A stretch of 32,000 nucleotides of DNA from Streptomyces sp. WGS_02 (GTDB lineage Bacteria; Actinomycetota; Actinomycetes; Streptomycetales; Streptomycetaceae): assembly GCA_040989845.1 (NCBI GenBank), contig JAYMFZ010000004.1, positions 7,399,184 through 7,431,183 on the forward strand. The letters are read 5' to 3'. The position numbers were made by a program, and so were the translations under genes. Of this stretch, positions 20,231 to 30,702 are shown in pieces. The notes beneath the pieces are model-generated. The model worked only from the letters and a program-made list of their open reading frames with translations, did no database searches and was not told the DNA's origin. Position 1 is the first letter of the stretch. Each line of letters opens with the position of its first letter.

Positions 20231-21694
20231 TCAGCCCTTCGCGACCGGGGCCTCCTGAGCCGCCAGGCCCTCACCGGGCGGCTCAGGGGAGTCCTCGTCG
20301 TCGAACGGCGGCTGCGGGGCCTCACGCGGCAGCCGGAGCGCGATCAGCGCGCCGACCGCGACGAGCCCCGCCGTCACCCAGACCGCCGTACGGTACGGGC
20401 CCGGGTCGGCGGAGGCCTCCGTCACGTGGCCGCCGCCGATCACCGCCGCACAGGCGGCGATGCCCAGAGCGCCGCCGAGCGTGCGGACGATCTGGAACAG
20501 GCCCATCGCCTGCCCCATGTCCGGGGGCGCGATCGACTCGAAGCCGGAGATCTGCACGGTCAGCACCGCCGTCCCCAGCACCAGACCGATCAGGAACATC
20601 AGCCCGCGGACGCTCCAGGCGTTCTCGGCCACTCCGGGCACGGCGAGCGCACCGAAGACCGCCGCGGCGACCAGCAGCGCCGGCACGGTCAGCAGCCGGG
20701 GGCCGAGCTTCGGCAGCAGCCGGTCCACCACCTGCGAGGCCAGCATCAGCCCCACCGCCTCCGGGAAGACGCTCAGCCCCGCGTCCAGCGCCGAAGCGCC
20801 CAGGCTCGCCTGGTAGAGCAGCGGGAAGACGAACAGCACGCCCATCAGCCCGGCCGCGGTCACCCCGGCGAGCGCCGAGGCCGATCCGTACACCCGGTCG
20901 GCGAGCAGCCGCAGCTTCAGCAGCGGCGTCTTCGCGCGCGTCTGGTGCACGACCGCCGCCACCAGCAGCACGGACCCCAGCACCGCGCTCACGGCGACGG
21001 CGGGCCTCGTCCAGCCCTGCGAGGGCCCGAAGCCCAGCGCGTACGTCAGCAGCCCCAGCGCCGGGGTGGCCAGCCAGAAACCGACCGTGTCGAACTTCCC
21101 CTCCGGGCCCTCGACATGCTCGCGCAGACCGAAGACGCCCAGCAGGACGGCCGCCGCCCCGATCGGCACGTTCACGAAGAACAGCCAGTGCCAGGAGAGG
21201 TGTTCGGTGAGCAGGCCCCCCAGTGGCGGGCCGAGCGCGGGCATCAGCGCCGTCGGCACGATCAGCACCTTCGCCAGCTTCATCCGCTCGTGCGGCGGGA
21301 ACGCCCGGAACAGCAGCGTCATCCCGACCGGCGTCAACAACCCGCCCGCCAGGCCCTGTACGGCCCGGGCCACCACCAGCGTCGTGAGGTCCGGGGCCAG
21401 ACCGCAGACCGCCGAGGCGACCGTGAACGCCGTCAGCGCGCCGAGGAACACCCGCTTCGTCCCGAACCGGTCGCCCAGCCACCCCGCCACCGGCAGCCCC
21501 ACCGCGAGCGCGACCAGGAAGGCCGTCTCCACCGTGTTGGCGGCCGACAGCGGGCGGCCGAAATCGCCCGCGATCGTGTAGAGAGCCGGGTTCACGATCG
21601 TCGAGTCCAGGCCGTTCATGCACATCGCGGCCGTGTAGACGAGGACGACGGCGACCCGGGGACGTATCCGGGGCCGGATCAGCAGCCCGCTCAC
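20231..21694 (-). CDS. MFS transporter (DHA2/EmrB-like), probable siderophore exporter
   Basis: [58 protein letters not shown], LNNPxxxx-like [18 protein letters not shown] start at 21694 overlaps the mbtH-like stop. Confidence 0.9.
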   Translation of the reverse strand: MSGLLIRPRIRPRVAVVLVYTAAMCMNGLDSTIVNPALYTIAGDFGRPLSAANTVETAFLVALAVGLPVAGWLGDRFGTKRVFLGALTAFTVASAVCGLAPDLTTLVVARAVQGLAGGLLTPVGMTLLFRAFPPHERMKLAKVLIVPTALMPALGPPLGGLLTEHLSWHWLFFVNVPIGAAAVLLGVFGLREHVEGPEGKFDTVGFWLATPALGLLTYALGFGPSQGWTRPAVAVSAVLGSVLLVAAVVHQTRAKTPLLKLRLLADRVYGSASALAGVTAAGLMGVLFVFPLLYQASLGASALDAGLSVFPEAVGLMLASQVVDRLLPKLGPRLLTVPALLVAAAVFGALAVPGVAENAWSVRGLMFLIGLVLGTAVLTVQISGFESIAPPDMGQAMGLFQIVRTLGGALGIAACAAVIGGGHVTEASADPGPYRTAVWVTAGLVAVGALIALRLPREAPQPPFDDEDSPEPPGEGLAAQEAPVAKG

Positions 21695-21903
21695 CGCGCG
21701 GCGGCGGCGACGGGGCCGTCCCAGTGCGCGGTGATCCAGTCCAGCGCGTCCTGCCGGGCGCACGGGCCATGAGCCGTCGACCAGCCCTCGGGCACCGCGG
21801 CGAACAGCGGCCACAGCGAGTGCTGACCCTCCGCGTTGATCAGCACGAGGAACTCCCCGTCCGCGTCGAAGGGGTTGGCGGATGCGTCGCTCATCGGTGT
21901 CAC
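21691..21903 (-). CDS. MbtH-like protein
   Basis: (VTP)[64 protein letters not shown] at 21903 overlaps the NRPS stop; an alternative ATG is at 21894. Confidence 0.95.
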   Translation of the reverse strand: MTPMSDASANPFDADGEFLVLINAEGQHSLWPLFAAVPEGWSTAHGPCARQDALDWITAHWDGPVAAAAR

Positions 21904-24900
21904 TTCTCCAGCTCGGTCAGTCGGTCGGCGACCACGCGCGCGATGTGCGCGATCGGCTCGGGCAGGGTCATGTCCTTGTGCGAGCAGGCGACGTTCGTGT
22001 TGTCGATCCGCCCGCTCACGTACGGGGTCCAGGTCTCGGGCGTCAGGGTGTCGTCGATCGTGTCCACCGTGGCCCGGAAGAACAGCACGTCGCCCTGGAA
22101 CACCCGGTGGTCGTAAGCCCGTACGAGGTCGTTGGTGTTGAGGTACACCTCGCCGAGCGCCTCGATCCTCGCGGCGGACAGCGTGGCCAGCGGGGAGCCC
22201 TCGCGGCGCAGCACCTCCACCACGTTCGCGCTGTTCAGCTCCCTCTCCCCGAGGCTGTCGGGGCCGTAACCGCCCATGGTGAGCAGCGATTCGAGGGCTT
22301 CGGCCTGATCGGGCACCGGCAGGTCGCGGAACCCCTCGGCGGGGTACGCGTCCAGGATCGCCAGCAACTCGACCTCCTGGCCCGCCTCCTGGAGCACGGC
22401 CGCGATCGCGTGCGCGATGATGCCGCCGGTGGACCAGCCGAGCAGCCGGTAGGGGCCCTCGGGCTGGACCTCCCGGATCCGCGAGGCGTAGTGCGCGGCC
22501 AGCTCCTCCAGTGTGGTCGGCAGCGGCTCGTCCACCGTCGCCTCGCCGACGCCCTGGGCCTGGAGCCCGTAGATCGGCACATCGGCCGGCAGGTTGCGGA
22601 TCAGGCCGGCGTAGCACCAGCTCAGACCGCCCGCCGGGTGCACGCAGTGGACGGGGGTGCGGTCGCCGGGACGGGCCGGCCGGAGCGGCAGCAGCACATC
22701 CAGCGGATCCTCCTCGCGAGAGACGTCCAGCGCCGTGTCCAGCGCCGCGGGCGTCGGCGCCTGGAACACGGTCCCGATCGACACCTCGATGCCGAACGCC
22801 GACCTGATCTGCCCGGCCAGACGCACCGCGAGCAGCGAATGCCCGCCCAGATCGAAGAAGTTGTCCTCCACACCGGCGGACGGCAGCCCCAGCACCTCCG
22901 CGAAGATCGAGCAGAGCTGCTCCTCGCGGACCGTGCGCGGAGCGCGACCGGCGGCGTTCACCGGAACCCCCGGCGCGGGCAGCGCCTTGCGGTCCAGCTT
23001 GCCGTTGCCGGTCAGCGGCAGCCGGTCCAGCACCACCACCGCCGAGGGCACCATGTGCACCGGCAGCGTGGCGGCGGCGTGCTCGCGCAGCGCCGCCGGG
23101 ACCGGGTCCGTACCGGGCGCGACGACGACATAGCCGACCAGCCGCTTGTCACCGGGCTTGTCCTCGCGCACCACGACCGCCACATCGGCGACCTCCGGGT
23201 GTGCGGCCAGCACCGCCTCGATCTCGCCGAGTTCGATACGGAACCCGCGGATCTTGACCTGCTGGTCACCCCGGCCGAAGTACTCCAGCGTGCCGTCCAC
23301 GCGCCGCCGGGCGAGGTCGCCCGAGCGGTACATCCGCTGCCCGCTCTCCCCGGAGAGATGCGCGAACGGGTCGGCGACGAAACGCCCCGACGTCAGGTCC
23401 GGGCGGCCCAGATAGCCGAGGGCCACGCCCTCACCGGCGACGTACATCTCGCCGGTCACCCCGGGCGGCACCGGCTGGAGCCGGTCGTCCAGGACGTAGA
23501 CGCGCAGGTCGGGGATGTTCACGCCGATGGTGCTGGAGATCGCGGAGGCGGCGGTCGCCCGGTCCAGCGCCAGATACGAGACATGCACGGTCGTCTCGGT
23601 GATGCCGTACATGTTGACCAGCGTCGGCGCGTTCTCCCGGTGCCGGGTGTACCAGTCGGCGAGCCGCCCCAGCTCCAGCGCCTCCCCGCCGAACACGACG
23701 TAGCGCAGGGCCAGTTCGTGGCCAGGGGCCTCGCGGTCGGCGGCGGCCAGCTGGTAGAAGGCGGACGGGGTCTGGTTGAGGACGGTCACCCGCTCGTCGG
23801 CCAGCAGCCGGAGGAAGGCGTGCGGGTCACGGCTGGTCACATGCGGCACGACCACGACCCGGCCGCCGTACAGCAGCGCGCCCCACAGCTCCCACACGGA
23901 GAAGTCGAACGCGTAGGAGTGGAACAGCGTCCACACGTCGTCCGGCCCGAACGAGAACCAGTGCTCGGTCGCCGTCAGCAGCCGCGTCACATTGTGCTGG
24001 GTGACCACGACGCCCTTCGGGCGGCCGGTGGAGCCCGAGGTGTAGATGACGTACGCCGGATCCCGCGGGGTCAGCGGCCGGGTACGGTCCGCCTGGCCGA
24101 TCGGCCCGTCGGGGAATCCGGCCGCCTCGTCCACCGTGATCAGCGGCAGGTCGTGCGCGGGCAGCCGCCCGGCCGTCGCCGCGTCGGTGATCAGCGCCGC
24201 CGGTCGGGCGTCGTCCAGCATGTACGCGAGCCGGTCCGCCGGGTAGTCCGGGTCCATCGGCAGATACGCGGCCCCCGCCAGCGACACCGCGAGCAGCCCG
24301 GCCACCAGGTTCAGGGAGCGCGGCAGCGCGAGCGCCACGATGGAGCCGGGGCCGATGTTCCGCTCCGCCAGCAGCCGGGCCAGCGACTGGGCCCGGGAGG
24401 ACAGTTCGGCGTACGTCAGCGAGTCGCCCTCGCAGCTGACCGCGACCCGTTCCGGGTGGAGGCGCGCGGCAGCCCCGTACACCTCCGCGAGGGTGAGCGG
24501 CGCGGGCCGGTCGCCGGACGGTACGCCGTTGGCCTCGACCAGGGCCCGGTGCACCTCGTCCTCACCGAGCACGGGCAGCAGACCGACCGGCGTCTCCGGC
24601 CGCTCGGCGGCGGCCGTCAGCAGCCGGGACAGCCGGTCCGCCAGGGCCTGGGCGGTCGACCGGTCGAAGAGGTCGGTGCGGAACTCCAGGAAGCCGCCGA
24701 TCCCGCCGCCGGGCAACTCGCCGGCGTTCAGGGTCAGGTCGAACTTCGCGGTGCCCGACGGCACGGCAGTGAGCCGCGCGGTGGCCTCCGGGCCGAGGGC
24801 GACGGGTCCGTCCGCGATCGACTGCCAGGCCAGCATCACCTGGAACAGCGGGTGCCGGGACAGCGAGCGCGGCGGGTTGAGCGCCTCGACGAGGTGGTCG

Positions 24901-27900
24901 AAGGGCAGCGCGTCGTGCTCGTACGCGGCGAGCGTGGTCGCCCGCACCCGGTCCAGGAGGTCACCGAAGGCCGGGTCGCCGGAGGTGTCGGTGCGCAGGA
25001 CCACGGTGTTGGTGAAGAAGCCGATGAGCCCGGCCGATGCGTCGTCGTCGCGGCCCGCCACGGGGGTGCCGAGGGGGATGTCGCTGCCGCAGCCGTGCCG
25101 GGTCAGCAGAGCGGCGAGCCCCGCCTGCACGGTCATGAACACGGTCGCCCCGTGGGCCCGCGCGAGCCGGCGCAGCGCCTCGTGCGCCGTGGCGTCCAGG
25201 ACGAAGGGCACGGTGTCGCCCGCAGAGGTGGCCACCGGGGGCCGGGGCCGGTCGGTGGGCAGCTCCAGCTGGTCGGGCAGCCCGGCGAGCGCCTCGCGCC
25301 AGTGGGCGAGCTGGGCCTCGGCGAGCGCGGTCGGCTCGGCCGGGGAGCCCAGGAGCAGCTGGAGCCGGGCCGCGTGGTCCACGTACTGGCCGGCCAGGGG
25401 CGCGAACTCCGGGGCGCGGTCCGCCAGGCGCGCGGTGTAGGCGGTGGCCAGGTCGCGGGCCAGGGGAGTCGTGGAGGCTCCGTCGCCCGCGATGTGGTGG
25501 AGCAGCAGGAGCAGGGTGTGGTGGTCCGGCCCGTCGCTGAAGAGGACCGTGCGCAGCGGCGGCTCGGTGGCGAGGTCGAAGCAGTGGCGGACGGCCTCGG
25601 TGAGATCGCTGCCCGGTTCCGCGAGATGCAGCACGGGCCGGGCCGCCTCCTGGCCCGGAGGAAGAATCAGCTGGTGAGGGGTTGCGTCCCCGTCGGCTCC
25701 GGACTCGTTGTCAGTGGGCGGATATACCGTTCTCAGTGTCTCGTGACGGTCCACCAGATCGCGCAGGGCGAGCTGGAGCGCGTCCCGGTCCAGCGGGCCG
25801 TTGACGCTGAGCACGAGCGGGATGTTGTAGGTCGGGCTGGGGCCTTCGAGGCGGTGGAGGAACCACAGCCGCTGCTGGGCCGGGGAGAGCGGGAGGGGAC
25901 CGGTGCGGGGCACGGGGGAGAGCGGTACGGCAGCGATGGCCGCTCCGCTGCGGGCGCGGACCTGCGCGGCGAGCGCCGCCGGGGTGGCGTGGCGGAAGAC
26001 GTCGGCGATGGAGAACGGCACGGCGAAGTGCTCGCGTACGCGGGCGGCGAGCTTGGCGGCGAGCAGGGAGTGCCCGCCGAGGTCCAGGAAGCCCGCATCG
26101 GCGGCCGGGGGCTCCGCGATACCGAGCACGTCGGCGTAGAGACCTCGCACGATCTCGGTGTGCGGGTTGCTCTCGCCGGCGGCCTCCGCCCCGGCGGCGT
26201 GGGAGAGGGGTTCGGGGTCGGGCAGTGCCCGGTGGTCCAGCTTGTCGTTGGCGGTACGGGGCAGCGCCCCCAGCAGCGTCACGGTCGCGGGGACCATGTG
26301 CTCGGGCAGTGCGGCGGCCAGGTGGTCGCGCAGCTCGCCCGGTCCGGGCGGCGTGGCGGCGTCCTTCGTCGGTACGGCGTAGGCCAGCAGTCGCTTGCCG
26401 TGGCCGGTGTCGCGGGCGATGACGGCGGCCGCGGCGACCTGGGGGTGGGCGGCCAGCCGGGCCTGGATCTCCCCGAGTTCGATGCGGAAGCCGCGGATCT
26501 TCACCTGGTCGTCGCCGCGGCCCAGGAACTCCAGCGTGTGGTCGGCGCGGCGGCGCACCAGGTCGCCCGTGCGGTACATGCGCCCCCGGGCTCGCCGTGC
26601 GGCGCGCCGAACGGGTCCGCGACGAACCGCTCGGCGCTCAGGTCGGGGCGGCCCAGATAGCCGAGGGCCAGGCAGGCCCCCGCGACATACAGCTCACCCG
26701 TCACACCGGCGGGCACGGGACGGAGGGAGGAGTCCAGGACGTAGACGCGTGAGCCGCGCACGGGGCGGCCGTCGGGACGGGCGGCGGTCTCGCCCGGTAC
26801 CCAGTAGTAGGCGTCGACCGTCGTCTCGGTCGGCCCGTAGAGGTTGACCGGGTGGACGGCAACCGCCTCGGTCAGCCGTTCCCACAGGGCCGGGGGGACG
26901 GTCTCCCCGCCGACCACGATGTGGGCCGGGTGGTGGCGGCCGTCGTCCAGCAGTCCTTCGGCGAGCAGCGCTTCGGCGTAGGAGGGGTGACATCGAGATA
27001 GTCGACCAGGTGCGCGTCGACATACGCGGTGAGGGCAGCCGGGTCCCGGTAGGCGGCGTCGTCCAGCAGATGCAGTTCGTGCCCGTGGACCATCCACAGC
27101 AGCGGGTCCCAGGACGCGTCGAAGGCGAACGAGGCGCTGTGCGCGACCCGCAGGCGCTCCTGGCCGGTCCGTGCCACGGCCGGGGCGATGTGGTCCGTGC
27201 CGTGCCCGGCGCAGAGGTTGGCGAGCGAGGCGTGGCTGACGAGGACGCCCTTGGGGCGGCCCGTGGAACCGGAGGTGTGGATGAGATAGGCGGGGTCACC
27301 GAGCGCGGGCCCGGCGGGCGGCGGCCCGTCGGGGCAGGCGGCCAGGGCGTCGGCCGTGGCGGGCGCGTCGAGTGCGACCGTCCGCAGCCCGTGGTCGGGC
27401 AGCGCGGCGAGCGTCTGCGCCGTGCCGATCACGCACAGCGGGCGCGCGTCCTCCAGAACGGCCAGGGTGCGGGCTGCGGGGTGGCCGAGATCGAGCGGCT
27501 GGCAGACCAGGCCCGCCTTGAGCACGGCCAGCAGCGCGACGACCATGTCGGCGGTCCGGGGCAGCGCCCACGCCACCGTGCCGCCCGCGCCTTCGGCGTC
27601 ACCGGCGGCGCCCGGCCGGCCGGAGGCGCCGAGTCCGGCCAGCAGGTGGGCCAGGCGGTCGGAGGCGGCGTCCAGTTCGGCGAAGGTGAGCCGGGCCCCG
27701 GGCGCGGCGGCCCCCTCGGTGGCGCCCGTTCCCTGCCCCGTACGCGTGACAGCCCCGGCGTCCGCTCCGGAGCCGGCCTCCGAGTGCGCGCCCCGGAACG
27801 TGCCCGCCACGGTGGAGCGCACGGCGACGGCATCGGGCGTCCGGGCCGCCTGCGCGGTGAACGACCGGGGAAGGGGGAGTGCGGCGGCGGGTTCGGTGCG

Positions 27901-29297
27901 TCCGGACGTGGCCGCGCGCACCTGGTCGCCGGTGAGCAGGTCCAGGGTGCCGATCGGCCGTGCCGGGTCGGTCAGCAGCAGTTCGGCCAGCCCGGCCAGA
28001 TAGTGCAGCCAGGTGGCCTCGTGGGCGGCGAGGTCCTCGGGCCCGTACGCGGCGGGGTCGGCGTCCAGGGTGAGCCGCAGCCCTCCGTCCGGGCCGGGGG
28101 CCGCGCCGACCGCGAGCCCTTCCACGGGCCCGGCGGCGAGATTGCGCACGGTGCCGGTGGTCCCGGCGAAGTCCAGGGCGCCGTCGAACGGCTTGACGTT
28201 GACCAGCGGGCCGGTCAGCGGGGTCTCGGCCGACTCCAGAGCGAGATCGCGGCGCAGGTCCGCCTGCGGATAACGCTGGTGGCGGCGGACCTCACGGATC
28301 TCCAGGACCACCCGGCGCAGCAGCTCGGCCCCGGTGTCACCCGGGCGCACGGCGATCCGCAGCGGCAGGACGTTCACGGTCATGGCCGGGGTGCGCAGGG
28401 CCGAGGGCCCGCGCCGGTTGCTCAGCGGCAGGCCCAGCACCACGTCCTCGGCGCCGGTGAGCCGGTGCAGATGCCCCGCGGTCGCGGCCACCACCAGCTC
28501 CGCCCAGGTCGCCTTCGCCGCACGCGCCGCCGAGGACAGCCGCTCCAGGGTCTCGGCGGGGAGATCGGTGCTCCGGTGCGGGCCACCACCGTCCGCCGCC
28601 TCCCCGGCGAGTGCGGCGGCAGGGGAGCGGCGGGGCACCGCCACGGCGGAGCCCGCCATGCGCGCCGACCAGAACGCCCGGTCCGCCGCGTACTCCTCAC
28701 CGGCCAGATACGCGGCCTCCTGCTCGGTCAGCTCGCTCAGCGGGGCGAACCGGCTCTCGGGCAGCGGCTCTTCGGCCACCAGCGCCCGGTAGAGCTCGGC
28801 GACGCGCTGCCCGATGAGGGAGAGGGCGTAGGCGTCGACGGCTATGTGGTGCACGCGCTGGTACCAGCGGTGGCGCCCCTCGCCGACCCGGATCAGCGCC
28901 TGCGTCATCAGCGAACCGTCGGCGGCGAGGTCCACCGGCCGCTCCAGGTCCTCCCGCATCCACGCCTCGGCCTCGGCCTCGGTCATCTCCAGCCGGTGCA
29001 CCACGGGTTCGGCGGCGGGCACGATCCGCTGCACCGGCACCCCGTCTCTCTCCGTCACACGCAGGGCGAGCGTCTCGGCCTCGCCCACCGCCCGTCTCAG
29101 CGCCGCGACGAAGAGGCCGGCGTCCAGCGGCCCGTCGATCTCCACACAGTCCGCCGTGTTGAACTCGGTGCCGAGGGACGCCAGCTGGTGCGCGTAGTAG
29201 ATGCCCGACTGGGCTGTCAGAAGGGGAGTCCGGGGGAGGGTGCGCCGCCGGAGTGCGCTGCCGAAGTGCTGGTCGGGCGGTTCGGACGCTCATGCAT
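21900..29297 (-). CDS. dhbF: Dimodular NRPS C-A-T-C-A-T-TE for DHB-Xaa-Thr trilactone siderophore; three apparent frameshifts
   Basis: Approximate architecture on the minus strand: C1 27.9-29.2 kb (HHIAVDAYA), A1 26.1-27.8 kb, T1 near 26.07 kb ([13 protein letters not shown]), C2 24.6-26.0 kb (HHIAGDGAS), A2 22.9-24.6 kb ([33 protein letters not shown]), T2 near 22.85 kb ([13 protein letters not shown]), TE 21.9-22.7 kb (LGWSTGG). The reading frame switches near 29232, 26984 and 26583. Confidence 0.93.
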
Positions 29298-29356
29298 GTG
29301 GGTGACGACTCCCCTGAAGACAACGGACACCGGGCCAACAGGCACGCGGCGCACAC

Positions 29357-29380
29357 TTAGGTAAGGCTAAGTTAACCTAT
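29357..29380. promoter_or_regulatory. Iron box(es) between the NRPS and the M20 amidohydrolase
   Basis: TTAGGTAAGGCTAAGTTAACCTAT. TTAGGTAAGGCTAAGTTAA (29357-29375) matches consensus 16/19, and an overlapping register (29362-29380) matches about 14/19. Confidence 0.83.
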
Positions 29381-29433
29381 TTCCGACAGTGCAGGCGACC
29401 GCCCCGGGGCGGTCCGGAACGCCAGGAGAGCCC

Positions 29434-30627
29434 ATGACCGTCCCCGCAGCCCCACGCCCCGAGACACGGGCCGCCGAGGTGGCCGACCACGGGCTCGACG
29501 AGCGGGCCCGCGCTCTCAGGGCCGCCGTGCGGGAGGCGGTCGGCACCCACGCCCCGGCCCTGATCGACCTCAGCAGGCGCCTGCACGCCGAACCCGAGAC
29601 CGCCTTCGAGGAGCACAGGTCCGCCGCGCTCTGCGCCGAACTCCTCGCCGCGCACGGCTTCGAGGTCACGGCACCCGCCCACGGCCTGGACACGGCGTTC
29701 CGCGCCACGATCGGCTCCGGACCGGTCACCGTGGCCATCGCCTGCGAGTACGACGCGCTGCCCGGCCTCGGCCACGCCTGCGGGCACAACCTGATCGCCG
29801 CCGCCGGAGTCGGCGCGGCCCTCGGCCTCGCCCCCCACGCGGACGAACTCGGCCTGACCGTACGGGTCATCGGCACCCCCGCCGAGGAGCGCGGAGCCGG
29901 CAAGGCGCTGCTGCTGGACGCCGGGGCGTTCGACGGGGTCGACGCCGCGATGATGGTGCACCCCTGCCCCTTCGAGATGGCCGACTTCCGCTCCTTCGCG
30001 CTCGGCACCCTCGACGTCACCTACACCGGCCGCGCCGCGCACCCCAGCCTCAACCCGCACGAGGGCCGCAACGCCGCCGACGCCCTGACCGTCGCCCAGG
30101 TCGCCCTGGGCCTCCTGCGCCAGCAACTTCCCCCGCAGTGGCGGGTGCACGGCATCACCACCGCCGCCGGGACCGCGCCCAACGCGATACCCGACCGGGC
30201 CACCGCCACCTACGAGATACGGGCGCTGGCCGCCGAGGATCTGAGGGAGCTGCGGCAGCGGGTCGAGGACTGCTTCCGCGCCGGGGCGCTCGCCACCGGC
30301 TGCGAAGTGACCCTGGAGCGACCCGAGCCCGACTACCTGGACTTCCGGGGGGACCCGGAACTCATCCGCCTCTGGACCGCCAACGCCCGGGAGCTGGGCC
30401 GCGCCGAACCGGTCGAGCGCCCGCCGTTCGCCTGCACCGACATGGGCAACGTCTCGCACGCGGTGCCGTCCATCCACCCGGTGCTCGACATCAGCGGGGG
30501 ATCCTGCGGCCCGCACGAGGCCGCGTTCGCCGAGGCGGCGATCTCCCCGGCGGCCGAACAGGCCCTGCTGGACGGGGCGGTGGGCATGGCATGGACGGCC
30601 GCCGACTTTGCCGCCGCCAGGATCTGA
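29434..30627 (+). CDS. M20 family metallo-amidohydrolase (AbgB / N-acyl-amino-acid hydrolase-like)
   Basis: MTVPAAPRPETRAAEVADHG...LSRRLHAEPETAFEEHRSA...CEYDALPGLGHACGHNLIAAAGVG...GTPAEERGAGKALLLDAGAFDGVDAAMMVHP...YTGRAAHPSLNPHEGRNAADAL. ATG at 29434 preceded by AGGAGAG. Confidence 0.9.
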   Translation: MTVPAAPRPETRAAEVADHGLDERARALRAAVREAVGTHAPALIDLSRRLHAEPETAFEEHRSAALCAELLAAHGFEVTAPAHGLDTAFRATIGSGPVTVAIACEYDALPGLGHACGHNLIAAAGVGAALGLAPHADELGLTVRVIGTPAEERGAGKALLLDAGAFDGVDAAMMVHPCPFEMADFRSFALGTLDVTYTGRAAHPSLNPHEGRNAADALTVAQVALGLLRQQLPPQWRVHGITTAAGTAPNAIPDRATATYEIRALAAEDLRELRQRVEDCFRAGALATGCEVTLERPEPDYLDFRGDPELIRLWTANARELGRAEPVERPPFACTDMGNVSHAVPSIHPVLDISGGSCGPHEAAFAEAAISPAAEQALLDGAVGMAWTAADFAAARI

Positions 30628-30640
30628 GAGCGGGACCCAC

Positions 30641-30684
30641 GCCGTACGGCCCGGACCGGGAGCTCCCGGACCGGGCCGCACGGC
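30641..30684. terminator. Bidirectional hairpin between convergent amidohydrolase and binding-protein genes
   Basis: Near-perfect contiguous dyad GCCGTACGGCCCGGACCGGGAG / CTCCCGGACCGGGCCGCACGGC (22-nt arms, two mismatched pairs). Confidence 0.75.
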
Positions 30685-30702
30685 GCTGCCGTCACCCGGA
30701 GG

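Noticed and set aside
21882-26660. 1592-aa plus-strand ORF antisense to the NRPS
   Set aside because: Composition is G/R/V/H-rich nonsense with no domains, caused by high-GC codon bias on the real minus-strand NRPS. Same reasoning as other long shadow ORFs.
26500-29297. Considered programmed frameshifting or a split multi-gene NRPS to explain the frame changes
   Set aside because: Breaks lie inside the A1 domain without slippery-site architecture or starts with ribosome-binding sites, and each is fixed by one base in a G/C run. Assembly error is simpler.
27010-29364. 784-aa plus-strand ORF opposite NRPS module 1
   Set aside because: Shadow ORF; the minus strand encodes clear C and A domains.
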